Source: Lysobacteraceae bacterium
GTDB lineage: Bacteria; Pseudomonadota; Gammaproteobacteria; Xanthomonadales; Xanthomonadaceae
Direction of reading: 5' to 3'
Length of the DNA stretch: 64,000 nucleotides
NCBI GenBank assembly: GCA_014879375.1
Contig: JACSSF010000087.1
Location: 2,118-66,117 of the forward strand
The notes below the pieces were generated by a model that saw nothing but the letters and a program-made list of their open reading frames with translations, did no database searches and was not told where the DNA came from. This document shows, piece after piece, positions 27,622-37,466 of the stretch. Position 1 is the first letter of the stretch. Every line of letters begins with the position of its first letter. The position numbers were made by a program, and so were the translations under genes.

Positions 27622-28274
27622 CCCGCCTGATGCTCCCGCTCGCCCTCGCCACTTCGCTCGCCCTGGCCGCGCCCGTGCAGGCGCAGACGGCGCAGAAGCC
27701 GGCGGCCGCCGCGCCAAGCATGGTCGGCTCGCCCAGCAAGCTGGTGCTGGACAACACCACCCGCGTGCTGTCGACGCTGGAAAAGCGCCGCGCCGAGTTC
27801 ACCAAGAACCGCGCCGCGCTGAACGCGTTCGTCAACAGCGAGTTCAACCAGATGTTCGACCGCGACTATGCGGCGCGCCTGGTGCTGGGTCGTCATGCGC
27901 GCGGCGCTTCCGACGCCGACGTCAAGCTGTTCTCCGATGCCCTGGCCGACAATCTGATGTCGCGTTACGGCTCCTCGCTGCTGGACTTCAACACCTCCCT
28001 GCGCGTGCGGGTGAAGTCCGAAACCGCACTACCCGGCAACCGCGGCGTGCGCGTCTCGACCGAGATGCTGCGCTCGGGCGGCGAGCCGATCCCGGTGGAC
28101 TACCTGATGCGCAAGGTCGGCGACAAATGGCAGGTGTTCGACGTGATGGTCGAGGGCGTGTCGTTCGTGCAGACCTTCCGCAACCAGTTCGACTCCCCGC
28201 TGTCGCAACGCGGCATCCGCGCCGTCGCCGCGGAACTCAGGACCGGACGGATCCAGGCCAGTGCCAAGCAATAA
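27618..28274 (+). CDS. mlaC: periplasmic phospholipid-binding protein
   Basis: Signal peptide, ARLVLGRH, VDYLM..WQVFDVMVEGVSFVQTFRNQF. Confidence 0.9.
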   Translation: MTRLMLPLALATSLALAAPVQAQTAQKPAAAAPSMVGSPSKLVLDNTTRVLSTLEKRRAEFTKNRAALNAFVNSEFNQMFDRDYAARLVLGRHARGASDADVKLFSDALADNLMSRYGSSLLDFNTSLRVRVKSETALPGNRGVRVSTEMLRSGGEPIPVDYLMRKVGDKWQVFDVMVEGVSFVQTFRNQFDSPLSQRGIRAVAAELRTGRIQASAKQ

Positions 28275-28560
28275 ACCCGACACCGTCGCGGTCACGCGCC
28301 GCGATGAGGCCTTGGTGTTCGACGGGGTGCTCACGCGCCCCGTCGTCGCATCCGCATGGCGACAGGCGCAAGCCCTGCGCGCCGGCGCCACCCGGTTGGA
28401 CCTGACCGCCGTCTCGCGCATCGACAGCGCGGGCCTGGCGATGCTGGTTGCGCTCGCGCGAAGCGGCGACATTCGCCAGCTCGAAGGGGCACCGGCCGGC
28501 TACGCCGAATTGCGCGCCGCCTACCGCCTGGACGACGCACTTGGCTTTGCTGCCGGTTGA
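28261..28560 (+). CDS. mlaB: STAS domain protein
   Basis: LDLTAVSRIDSAGLAML; position in the mla operon; GTG start. Confidence 0.82.
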   Translation: MPSNKPDTVAVTRRDEALVFDGVLTRPVVASAWRQAQALRAGATRLDLTAVSRIDSAGLAMLVALARSGDIRQLEGAPAGYAELRAAYRLDDALGFAAG

Positions 28561-28599
28561 ATCGCCGATAATGGCCCGGCTTCGGACCTCCCCACGACC

Positions 28600-29706
28600 A
28601 TGACCCGTTTTCACGCTTCGCGCGCGCTCCTCCTCGGCTTCGCCCTGCTGCTGTCGGCCTGTGCCGGCACCCAGGTGCGTGCGCCCGCGCCGCCCGCCAT
28701 GGTGGTCGATGCCGCGGCTGAAACCACCGTCGCCACTGATGCGAACGCGCAGGACGCGATGGTCGAACGCAAAGTCGTGGTGGAAGCCGCGAATGCCTCG
28801 GCCACGCAGACCGTCGCTGCCGTCGACGACACGCAGGCGATCGCGGCAGGCACGGCCGATGCCGCGGCTGCCACTCCGCCGCAGGACGCCACCACCGGCA
28901 GCACGCTCACCGCCGCCGAGGACGATTTCAACGCGCTCTACGGCAACCCCGAGTACGACCCGGTCGCCGACCCCACCTTGCCGCCCGGCGTCGAGATGCC
29001 GGTCAGCTACGACCCGTGGGAATCGTTCAATCGGCGCGTCCACGATTTCAACAACTTCTTCGACCGCATCGTCGCGACGCCGATGGCCCGGCTGTACGTC
29101 AAGGCGCTGCCGCGACCGGTACGCCTGGGCGTCAGCAACTTCTTCAACAACCTTGGCCAGCCGATCAGCGCGGCCAACGCCTTGCTGCAAGGACGGCCCA
29201 AGGACGGCGGTTACGCGCTGCTGCGCTTCGTGGTGAACAGCACGCTAGGCGTGGGCGGCCTGTTCGATGTCGCCAGCCGGATGAAGATTCCCTATCGCGA
29301 CGAGGACTTCGGCCAGACCCTCGCGGTGTGGGGCTGGCGCACATCCCGCTATGTGGAACTGCCGATCTTCGGCCCGCGCACGGTGCGCGACATCTTCGGG
29401 ATGGTTGGCGACGTGCCGCTTTCGCCGCTGCGCCACATCGGCCGGGCCAGGACGCAGATCGCGCTGCGCACGCTGCAGCTGGGCGACATCCGCGCCCGCC
29501 TGTTCGCGGTCGATCGCATGCGCGAAGGCGCGGCGGATGATTACACCCTGTATCGCGATGCGTGGCTGCAGCGCCGCAACTACCAGATCATGAGCGACCT
29601 GCGCGACAAGCACGCGCGCGATGACAACCTGCCCGACTACCTCGACGAAGAGATCGAGAACCCGGACGTGCCGATCGACGCGATCCCGATCCCGATCCAG
29701 CCCTGA
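28600..29706 (+). CDS. mlaA: VacJ/MlaA family lipoprotein with long Ala/Thr-rich N-terminal linker
   Basis: Lipobox LSAC; DPWESFNRRV, NFFNNL, NSTLGVGGLFDVA, EDFGQTL. Confidence 0.92.
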   Translation: MTRFHASRALLLGFALLLSACAGTQVRAPAPPAMVVDAAAETTVATDANAQDAMVERKVVVEAANASATQTVAAVDDTQAIAAGTADAAAATPPQDATTGSTLTAAEDDFNALYGNPEYDPVADPTLPPGVEMPVSYDPWESFNRRVHDFNNFFDRIVATPMARLYVKALPRPVRLGVSNFFNNLGQPISAANALLQGRPKDGGYALLRFVVNSTLGVGGLFDVASRMKIPYRDEDFGQTLAVWGWRTSRYVELPIFGPRTVRDIFGMVGDVPLSPLRHIGRARTQIALRTLQLGDIRARLFAVDRMREGAADDYTLYRDAWLQRRNYQIMSDLRDKHARDDNLPDYLDEEIENPDVPIDAIPIPIQP

Positions 29707-29732
29707 TCCATCCTGCCGCGCGGATGCGCGGC

Positions 29733-31091
29733 TCAGTCCTCGTCCGCTTCTAGCAACTGCTGCGTGTCGCTGCCGGGCAACGATTCCACGCCCCTCAGCT
29801 TGCGCTCGATCGCGCGCGTGCGCGTGCCGGCCTGTTTCAGGCTGTTCTGCACGGTGTTCAGCTGCTTGTCGGCACTTTCCAGCACCGCAGCGAACTTGCC
29901 GAATTCGGTCTTGACCGCGCCGAGCAATTGCCACACCTCGCTTGAACGCTTCTCGATGGCCAGGGTGCGGAAGCCCATCTGCAGGCTATTGAGCAGCGCG
30001 GCCAAGGTGGTCGGTCCGGCAATGACGATGCGATGTTGCTGCTGCAGCGTATCGACCAGGCCGGGCCGGCGGATGGCTTCTGCGTACAGGCCTTCGGTGG
30101 CGAGGAACAGCACTGCGAAATCGGTGGTGTGCGGCGGCACCACGTACTTGTCGCTGATCGATTTCGCCTGCAGCTTGATCGCGCGCTCCAGCTGGGAGGC
30201 GGCGATGCGCATCGCCTCCGCATCGCCACGTTCTTGCGCATCAAGCAGACGCTCGTAATCCTCGCGCGGAAACTTGGCGTCGATCGGCAACCACACCGGC
30301 GCGCCACCGGCCTGCTGCCCGGGCAGGCGGATGGCGAAATCCACCGCCTCGTTGCTGTCCGGCCGCACTTTCACGCTGCGCGAGAACTGCTCGGCCGTCA
30401 GCACTTGTTCCAGCAGATTTTCCAGCTGGATTTCGCCCCAGCCGCCGCGATCCTTCACGTTGGTCAGCACGCGCTTGAGGTCGCCCACACCGGCCGCCAG
30501 GGTCTGCATTTCGCCCAGGCCCCGCTGCACTGCCTCCAGCCGCTCGGACACCAACTTGAAGGACTGGCCCAACCGCGCCTCCAGCGTGCTCTGCAGCTTC
30601 TCGTCCACGGTCGCGCGCATCTGCTCGAGCTTCTGCGCGTTGTCGGCTTGCAGCGACTTCAGCTGCGTTTCCAGGGTGACGCGCATCTCGCCCAAGGTCT
30701 GCGCATTGCGATCGGAAAGCTCGCGCAGGCGCTGTGACAGGCCTTCGGCGAACTGCTGTTCGCGCGCGGTCGCATCCAGGCGCGCCTTGTGCGCGTCTTC
30801 GGTCAGCGTGGTGCGCAACACGTCCAGCCGCGCGTCCGTGCGGGTGGTCAGCTCGTCCAGGCGGGTGCCGAAATTCTCGATGCGTTGTTCCTGCGCCAGC
30901 GACAGGCTGTCGAGCTGCTGACGCAGCTCGCCTCGCCCTTCGCGCTGCTCGCCGCGCAAGGCGTCTTCCAGTCGTTCGCGCATCAAAGCCAACGCAGCAT
31001 CGGGCTTGCGCAGCAACAGCACCACCAGCAGCACGATGGCGATGGCCACCGCGACCAGCAGCAGGATCAACAAGACATCGTCATTCATCAT
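29733..31091 (-). CDS. rmuC: DNA recombination protein RmuC
   Basis: N-terminal TM, coiled coil, RGGWGEIQL, PIDAKFP, PTTLAALLNSLQMGF. Confidence 0.93.
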   Translation of the reverse strand: MMNDDVLLILLLVAVAIAIVLLVVLLLRKPDAALALMRERLEDALRGEQREGRGELRQQLDSLSLAQEQRIENFGTRLDELTTRTDARLDVLRTTLTEDAHKARLDATAREQQFAEGLSQRLRELSDRNAQTLGEMRVTLETQLKSLQADNAQKLEQMRATVDEKLQSTLEARLGQSFKLVSERLEAVQRGLGEMQTLAAGVGDLKRVLTNVKDRGGWGEIQLENLLEQVLTAEQFSRSVKVRPDSNEAVDFAIRLPGQQAGGAPVWLPIDAKFPREDYERLLDAQERGDAEAMRIAASQLERAIKLQAKSISDKYVVPPHTTDFAVLFLATEGLYAEAIRRPGLVDTLQQQHRIVIAGPTTLAALLNSLQMGFRTLAIEKRSSEVWQLLGAVKTEFGKFAAVLESADKQLNTVQNSLKQAGTRTRAIERKLRGVESLPGSDTQQLLEADED

Positions 31092-31128
31092 CGGCCCAGT
31101 GTAGCGAGGCCGGTCTCAATGCCGGAGA

Positions 31129-31833
31129 TCAGGCCACCTGTGCGCCAAACAAGCGGCCGATCAGCGCGGTCGCGGCCATCGCCATCGCGCCCCAGACCAG
31201 CACCCGGCCCATGCCGCGCCAGCCGCGGCCGCCGGCGACGCGCTCGGCCACGAAACCGAGCGCCGCCAGCAGCACCAGCGTGGTGGCGACCAGCGCCATC
31301 GGCAGGTTCTGCCCGCGCCACTGCCAAGCCAGCAGCACCGGCGGCAACGCGCCCGCGGTGAAGGCCGCCGCCGATGCGACTGCCGCCTGCACTGGCCGTG
31401 CACGATGCACGTCATGGATGCCGAGCTCGTCACGCAGGTGCGCGCCGAGGTCGTCGTGATCGGTCAGCTGCTCCGCCACCTGCCGCGCCAGCGTGGGCTC
31501 GACGCCACGGCGCATGTAGATCTCGGTGAGTTCGGCCAGCTCCGCGTCCGGGTACTTGCGCAGGGCATCCGCCTCGATCCGCGCGTCGGCGCGCTCGGCA
31601 TCGGCCTGTGAGCTGACCGAGACGTATTCCCCCGCCGCCATCGAGAACGCACCGGCGGCCAGACCTGCGATGCCGCTCAGCAGGATCGTGGCCGGCGCCG
31701 CGCCCGCGGTCGCCATGCCCAGCACCAGGCTACCGGTGGAAATCAGGCCGTCGTTCGCGCCCAGCACCGCCGCGCGCAACCAGCCGGCGCGCTGGCTGCG
31801 GTGGGTTTCGATATGCGTTTGCAGGGCGTCCAT
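31129..31833 (-). CDS. VIT1/CCC1 family Fe/Mn transporter
   Basis: WLRAAVLGANDGLIST, AFSMAAGEYVSVSSQAD. Confidence 0.92.
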   Translation of the reverse strand: MDALQTHIETHRSQRAGWLRAAVLGANDGLISTGSLVLGMATAGAAPATILLSGIAGLAAGAFSMAAGEYVSVSSQADAERADARIEADALRKYPDAELAELTEIYMRRGVEPTLARQVAEQLTDHDDLGAHLRDELGIHDVHRARPVQAAVASAAAFTAGALPPVLLAWQWRGQNLPMALVATTLVLLAALGFVAERVAGGRGWRGMGRVLVWGAMAMAATALIGRLFGAQVA

Positions 31834-31836
31834 CGG

Positions 31837-33018
31837 TCAGTCCAGTACGCGGCAGAATACCGCCTTCAAATATCGCGATTCCGGCACCTGCGCCAGCCAC
31901 GGATGATCGGGGCCGGCGCCTGCCACCTTCAGCACCTGCATCGTGCGGCCCGCGTAGAACGCGGCGCGGCGCAGCATGTCGAGGAACTGCTCCTCACTGA
32001 CGAGGCCGGTGCAGCTGAAGGTCGCGAACAGGCCGCCCGGCTTAACCACGCCGAGCGCCGCCTTGTTCATGTCGAGGTATTTCTTCAGCGCCGGGATCAC
32101 CTGCTCGCGGTCGCGGGTCATCTTGGCGGGATCGAGGATGACCACATCGAAACGCTCGCCGTTGGTCTGCGCATCGCGCAGCCACGGGAAGATGTCGGCC
32201 TGCACGAAGCGCGGCATCGCCTTGCCATGCAGGCCATTCAACTTGGCGTTGCCGCGCGCGATGTCGAGCACGGCCGGGTCGATGTCGATGCCGACGACTT
32301 CCTCCGCGCCACGCACCGCCGCATACACGCCGAAGCCACCGGTATTGCAGCACAGGTCCAGCACGCGCTTGCCCGTGCACAGGTGCGAGAGCCACTCGCG
32401 GTTCTCGCGCTGGTCGGCAAAGAAACCGGTCTTGTGCGCACCAGCCGGATCAGCGCGGAACTTCACCCCGTATTCGGTGATGACGGCAGGTTCCGTTCCC
32501 ATCGTGTCACGATAGTCGAAGCTTTCCTGCTTCTGCACGTGCTCGTCGGCAAAGCTGTGGAAGCGGCAACCGGGGAATTGCTCGCGCAACACGTTGAAGA
32601 TGATGTCGCGATGCCGCCACGCGCCTGCGCTGAAGAAACCGACCACCAGCAAATCGTCGTAGCGGTCGATGACCAGGCCACTGATGCCGTCGCCTTCGCT
32701 GTGGAACACGCGCCACGCGTTGGAGACCTCGTCCAGTTTCAGGATGTCGCGGCGCAGGTGGATCGCCTCGGCGATCTTGCGGGCGAACCAGTCGGCATCG
32801 ACCGCGACATCGGGATGGGTTTCAAGGATGCGCAGCGCGATGCGCGAATGGCCGTTGTAGAACCCGGTGCCGATGAACGCGTCGTCCACGCCATACGCCT
32901 GCACGAGACTCCCCGGCTTCGGCTTCTGCAAAGGCTTTTCCACCAGGCGCTGGAAAATCCACGGGTGCGTGGACTTCCACGCGTTCTTCAGGCGCACGAC
33001 GGGCAGGGCTTCGTTCAT
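31837..33018 (-). CDS. rlmI: RlmI-like class I SAM-dependent rRNA methyltransferase
   Basis: PUA domain HPWIF, SEGDGISGLVIDRY, HKTGFFADQRENR, VILDPA, YLKAVF. Confidence 0.8.
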   Translation of the reverse strand: MNEALPVVRLKNAWKSTHPWIFQRLVEKPLQKPKPGSLVQAYGVDDAFIGTGFYNGHSRIALRILETHPDVAVDADWFARKIAEAIHLRRDILKLDEVSNAWRVFHSEGDGISGLVIDRYDDLLVVGFFSAGAWRHRDIIFNVLREQFPGCRFHSFADEHVQKQESFDYRDTMGTEPAVITEYGVKFRADPAGAHKTGFFADQRENREWLSHLCTGKRVLDLCCNTGGFGVYAAVRGAEEVVGIDIDPAVLDIARGNAKLNGLHGKAMPRFVQADIFPWLRDAQTNGERFDVVILDPAKMTRDREQVIPALKKYLDMNKAALGVVKPGGLFATFSCTGLVSEEQFLDMLRRAAFYAGRTMQVLKVAGAGPDHPWLAQVPESRYLKAVFCRVLD

Positions 33019-33080
33019 CCCACTATTGTAAAGGTCGCCACTGGCTTGCTTTCCCGCCGCGCCGCCGCCATCTGACCCAC

Positions 33081-33902
33081 ATGGACCTGCCGCAAGACGA
33101 CATCCCGGACACCCCCGCCCAGCGCGCCCGCGACCGTGGCCGCGTGCTGCGTGCGTTCAACCTGAGCCTGGCCACGGTGCTGGTGCTGACGGTGGTGTTC
33201 TTCGCCCAGTCGGGCTTTGATTTCCGCGCCTTCACGGTGATGCCGCACGACCCGGCGGGTCTTGTCGGCGTGCTGACCGCGCCGCTGCTGCACGGCGACC
33301 TGAAGCACCTGGCGATGAACTGCATCGCCATCCTGATGCTGGGCACGCTGGCCGGCAGCGTGTACCCGCGTGCCACGATCCGCGCCCTACCGATCATGTG
33401 GCTGACTTCGGGCCTGGTCGCCTGGCTGCTGGGCGGTCCAGGCGAGCACCATCTCGGCGCCAGCGGCGTGACCCACGGGCTTGGCTTCCTGGTGTTCACT
33501 CTGGGCCTGCTGCGCCGCGACCGCGCGGCGATCGCCGCCGGCATGCTGGCCTTCCTGTTCTATGGCGGGATGATCCTGACCGTGCTGCCGCAGGAGGCCG
33601 GGATCAGCTGGCAGTCGCACCTCGGCGGCGCGCTCGGCGGTGCCCTGTCGGGCTGGTTGTTCCGCAACGCCGATCCGACCCCGCCGAGACGCAAGTACAG
33701 CTGGGAGCTGGAGGAAGAGGAAGCCGCGCGTCAGGCGTTGGTGGATGACGAGGCCGAACCCGCGCGCCCCGACGAGGTCCCGGTGCTGTGGCACCGCGAT
33801 GATCGCGATGGTCGCAGTGATCAGGCGCGCGACGGTCGCAACGTGCTGCCTTTCCGTCGCGACGATGAACGCCGCGACATCGACATGACTTCCGGCCGGT
33901 GA
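33081..33902 (+). CDS. rhomboid family intramembrane serine protease
   Basis: PLLHGDLKHLAMN, GASG catalytic Ser, WQSHLGG catalytic His. Confidence 0.9.
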   Translation: MDLPQDDIPDTPAQRARDRGRVLRAFNLSLATVLVLTVVFFAQSGFDFRAFTVMPHDPAGLVGVLTAPLLHGDLKHLAMNCIAILMLGTLAGSVYPRATIRALPIMWLTSGLVAWLLGGPGEHHLGASGVTHGLGFLVFTLGLLRRDRAAIAAGMLAFLFYGGMILTVLPQEAGISWQSHLGGALGGALSGWLFRNADPTPPRRKYSWELEEEEAARQALVDDEAEPARPDEVPVLWHRDDRDGRSDQARDGRNVLPFRRDDERRDIDMTSGR

Positions 33903-33967
33903 CGGCGCGGCGGCCACGTCGCATCCTGATGGCCTGACGCGCCGCGTCCACACCCAAGGAGTTCGCC

Positions 33968-35002
33968 ATGTCGCAGTGGTTCTTCATCCATCCCGGACAA
34001 CCTGATCGCACCGGCCCGCTGGATCCGGATGCCGCGTTCGCACACGTGAAGGCGCATCCCGATGCGCTGTGCTGGCGGCAGGGCCTGTCCGGCTGGCAGC
34101 CGGCGCGGGCGATGCCCGAGTTCAGTGAAGCCTTCGACGATGGCCTGGCGGACGAGATGCCGCCGATTCCCTCCGCCGCGCAGTTCTCGCGCATGACCGC
34201 CGACGACATCGACTACCGCATCGTCGGCAACGACATGCCGTTCGTCGAGATCGAACTCGATCCCGGCGAAAGCGCGGTCGCCGAGGCCGGCGCGCTGATG
34301 TACAAGGACGCCGTCGTGCAGATGGACACGGTGTTCGGCGACGGCAGCCGCAAGGAAGGCAGCGGCGGCGGCGTGATGGACGCGCTCTTCGCCGGCGCGC
34401 GCCGCGTGGTCACCGGGGAAAGCCTGTTCACGACCGTGTTCACCCACGCAGGCCAGGGCAAGGCGAAGGTGGCGTTCGCCGCGCCGTATCCGGGCACGGT
34501 GCTGCCGCTGCGCCTGTCGGAACACGGCGGCCGCATCATCTGCCAGAAGGACAGCTTCCTTGCCGGTGCGCGCGGGGTGAAGCTCGGCATCTTCTTCCAG
34601 AAGCGCATCCTCACCGGCCTGTTCGGTGGCGAGGGTTTCATCATGCAGCAGCTCGATGGCGATGGCTGGGTGTTCGTGCACGCCGGCGGGACGATGGTCG
34701 AGCGCGAACTCGGCGCCGGCGAGCGCATCGATGTCGATACCGGCTGCGTCGCCGCGTTCGAATCCACCGTCAACATGGACATCCGCCCGATCGGCGGGAT
34801 CAAGAGCATGCTGTTCGGCGGCGAAGGCGTGTTCCTCGCCACGCTGACCGGGCCGGGCAAGGTCTGGCTGCAGTCGCTGCCGTTCTCGCGCATGGCCGGC
34901 CGCATGCTGGCCGCGGCGCCGCAAGGCGGCGGCAAGAACGTGGGCGAAGGCTCGGTGCTGGGCGGCCTGGGCCGCCTCCTCGACGGCGACAACCGCTTCT
35001 GA
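33968..35002 (+). CDS. TIGR00266 (AIM24) family protein with N-terminal GYF_2/DUF4339-like domain
   Basis: WFF...TGP...CWRQGLSGWQ at the N-terminus; EAGALMY, TGESLF, FGGEGF, GPGKVWLQSLPFSR. Confidence 0.88.
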   Translation: MSQWFFIHPGQPDRTGPLDPDAAFAHVKAHPDALCWRQGLSGWQPARAMPEFSEAFDDGLADEMPPIPSAAQFSRMTADDIDYRIVGNDMPFVEIELDPGESAVAEAGALMYKDAVVQMDTVFGDGSRKEGSGGGVMDALFAGARRVVTGESLFTTVFTHAGQGKAKVAFAAPYPGTVLPLRLSEHGGRIICQKDSFLAGARGVKLGIFFQKRILTGLFGGEGFIMQQLDGDGWVFVHAGGTMVERELGAGERIDVDTGCVAAFESTVNMDIRPIGGIKSMLFGGEGVFLATLTGPGKVWLQSLPFSRMAGRMLAAAPQGGGKNVGEGSVLGGLGRLLDGDNRF

Positions 35003-35066
35003 ACGCCGCGTGGCTGCGCGCGCACGGCCATCGGCCCGTGTCGCGCGCATCGCCGACAATATCGTG

Positions 35067-36092
35067 ATGTCGATGTCGCTTCGTTCCCTCTCACTCGCTA
35101 CTGCCGCATGTCTGCTAGCCGCCTGCGGTAGCGCGCAGGTGAAAACCCCGCCGCCGGTGAAACCCGCCGTGCAGGCGCCGCTACCCAAGCCGAAGATCGG
35201 CCTGGCGCTTGGCGGCGGCGCGGCCAAGGGTTTCGCCCACATCGGCGTGATCAAGATGCTCGAAGCCAACGGCATCCAGGTCGATGTCGTCGCGGGCACC
35301 AGCGCGGGCAGCGTGGTTGGCGCCCTTTACGCCAGCGGGATGACGCCGTATCAGCTGCAGCAGCAGGCCTTCGCGCTGGATGAATCGAAGATCCGCGACG
35401 TCAGCCTGTTCTCGGGCGGGCTGGTGAAAGGCCAGAAGTTGCAGGATTACGTCAATACCTTGCTCCAGCAAAAGCCGATGCAATCGTTCAAGAAGCCGTT
35501 CGGTGCGGTGGCGACTGAGCTCTCCACCGGCAAGCGCACGGTGTTCGTGCGCGGCAACGCGGGGCAGGCGGTACGCGCCTCCAGCAGCATCCCCGGCGTG
35601 TTCGAGCCGGTACCGATCGGCGGCACGCGTTATGTCGATGGCGGCGTGGTCAGCCCGGTGCCGGTGGACGCCGCGCGCGAGCTGGGCGCGAATGTCGTCA
35701 TCGCCGTGGACATCTCCAGCAAGGCCGGCGGCAACAAGCCGGGCAGCATGCTGGGCATCGTCAACCAGTCAATCACGATCATGGGCCAGAAGCTGGGCGA
35801 GCAGGAGCTCGCGCGCGCCGATGTCGTGATCCGCCCGCGCGTGGGCCAGATCGGCGCCGCGGATTTCGAGCAGAAGAACGTCGCCATCCTCGAAGGCGAG
35901 CGCGCCGCGCAAGCCGCGATGCCGCAGATCAAGGCGAAGATCGCTGCCTGGCAGCGCGCCCGCGCCGCCACCCTCGCCAGACGTCCGCCGCCCCCGGCTA
36001 AGCCCCCGGTCAAGCCGCCATGCGACCCCGGCCTGCTGGACAAGCTGGGCCGCTGGATCGGCCGCGACGATAATTGCGCGGCGACGGACTGA
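35067..36092 (+). CDS. patatin-like phospholipase lipoprotein
   Basis: Lipobox LAAC; GGGAAKG, GTSAG, YVDGG. Confidence 0.9.
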   Translation: MSMSLRSLSLATAACLLAACGSAQVKTPPPVKPAVQAPLPKPKIGLALGGGAAKGFAHIGVIKMLEANGIQVDVVAGTSAGSVVGALYASGMTPYQLQQQAFALDESKIRDVSLFSGGLVKGQKLQDYVNTLLQQKPMQSFKKPFGAVATELSTGKRTVFVRGNAGQAVRASSSIPGVFEPVPIGGTRYVDGGVVSPVPVDAARELGANVVIAVDISSKAGGNKPGSMLGIVNQSITIMGQKLGEQELARADVVIRPRVGQIGAADFEQKNVAILEGERAAQAAMPQIKAKIAAWQRARAATLARRPPPPAKPPVKPPCDPGLLDKLGRWIGRDDNCAATD

Positions 36093-36165
36093 GCGCGTCT
36101 TCACCGCAGGCGAAGGGCGGCCACGTCACCTTCGCAACATCGCCCCCATGACGTTGGCCCTTGCC

Positions 36166-36507
36166 ATGAAGCCCCGCCACCTCACGGCCATCCTCGCCAG
36201 CATGTGGCTGGCCGCCTGCGCCTCGACATCCCACGCACCAGTACCCGACGCCAACGGCGTGCTGGTCTTCAGCGGCACGGTGACGGCCATCGATACCGGC
36301 TGCCATGTCGATGGCGCATGCAGCGCGACCGTCGCGGGCGTTGAAGTGACGACGATGACCGGCGAGCGCCTCAGCAACCCCGTCTGGGGCGAGCCCAACA
36401 GCCTGCCCGCAGTGGGCCAGCGGGTGGACATCCGCTGCCGGTCCACCGGCCCGGCCGCCTGCACGCTGAAGGGGGATCGCGGGTATTACCTGCGCGTGTT
36501 GCCTTGA
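36166..36507 (+). CDS. hypothetical small lipoprotein with two cysteine pairs
   Basis: Lipobox LAAC; GCHVDGAC and RC..ACTL; fills the intergenic gap; start could be 36148. Confidence 0.65.
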   Translation: MKPRHLTAILASMWLAACASTSHAPVPDANGVLVFSGTVTAIDTGCHVDGACSATVAGVEVTTMTGERLSNPVWGEPNSLPAVGQRVDIRCRSTGPAACTLKGDRGYYLRVLP

Positions 36508-36550
36508 TCCAGCGCAAGCGCCGCCGCGGCCCGCGGCGTAGAATCGGGGC

Positions 36551-37441
36551 ATGAACAGCACTCCGCGCCGCGTCGAGAACATCGTCACTGACAAGGGCAA
36601 GGTGCCGGTCTATGCCACCGGCATCATCGACCAGCCCTGGGATGGCTACAGCGCCGCCGACCACGACGTCTGGCGCATCCTCTACCAGCGCCAGCGTGAA
36701 CTTTTGGTTGGCCGCGCCAGCGACGAATTCCTCGCCGCGCAGGACGCCATGGGGATGACGCCCGACCACATCCCCAGGTTCGCCGACATCAACGCGGTGC
36801 TGAAGGAGGCGACGGGCTGGGAAATCATCGGCGTCGAAGGCCTGCTGCCGGAGCTCGATTTCTTCGATCACCTCGCCAATCGCCGTTTCCCGGTGACCTG
36901 GTGGATCCGCCGCCCGGACCAGGTCGATTACATCGAGGAGCCCGACCTCTTCCACGATCTGTTCGGTCACGTGCCCTTGTTGATGCTGCCGGTGTTCGCC
37001 GACTACATGGCGGCCTACGGTCGCGGCGGCGTCAAGGCACACGGCATCAACCCCGATGCGCTGGTGCATCTCACGCGCCTGTACTGGTACACGGTGGAGT
37101 TCGGCCTGATCCAGCAGAAGGACGGCCTGCGCATCTACGGCAGCGGCATCGTCTCGTCCAAGGGCGAAAGCATCTACTCGCTGGAATCGGAGGCGCCCAA
37201 CCGGATCGGTTTCGACCTGGAACGCATCATGCGCACGCGCTACCGCATCGACAGTTACCAGAAGACCTATTTCGTCATCGACAGCTTCGAGCAGTTGATG
37301 GATGCCACGCGTCCGGACTTCACCCCCATCTACGAAAAGCTGGCCGACCTGCCCTCGTTCCCGGCGGGCGACGTGCAGGCGGGTGACCGGGTGATCCATC
37401 GCGGCACCGGCGAAGGCTGGCCGACCGACGCGGACACCTGA
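36551..37441 (+). CDS. phhA: phenylalanine 4-monooxygenase
   Basis: EPDLFHDLFGHVP and RLYWYTVEFGL iron ligands; IYGSGIVSS. Confidence 0.95.
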   Translation: MNSTPRRVENIVTDKGKVPVYATGIIDQPWDGYSAADHDVWRILYQRQRELLVGRASDEFLAAQDAMGMTPDHIPRFADINAVLKEATGWEIIGVEGLLPELDFFDHLANRRFPVTWWIRRPDQVDYIEEPDLFHDLFGHVPLLMLPVFADYMAAYGRGGVKAHGINPDALVHLTRLYWYTVEFGLIQQKDGLRIYGSGIVSSKGESIYSLESEAPNRIGFDLERIMRTRYRIDSYQKTYFVIDSFEQLMDATRPDFTPIYEKLADLPSFPAGDVQAGDRVIHRGTGEGWPTDADT

Positions 37442-37466
37442 TCGCGTCGCGCGATCCGTTACGCAT

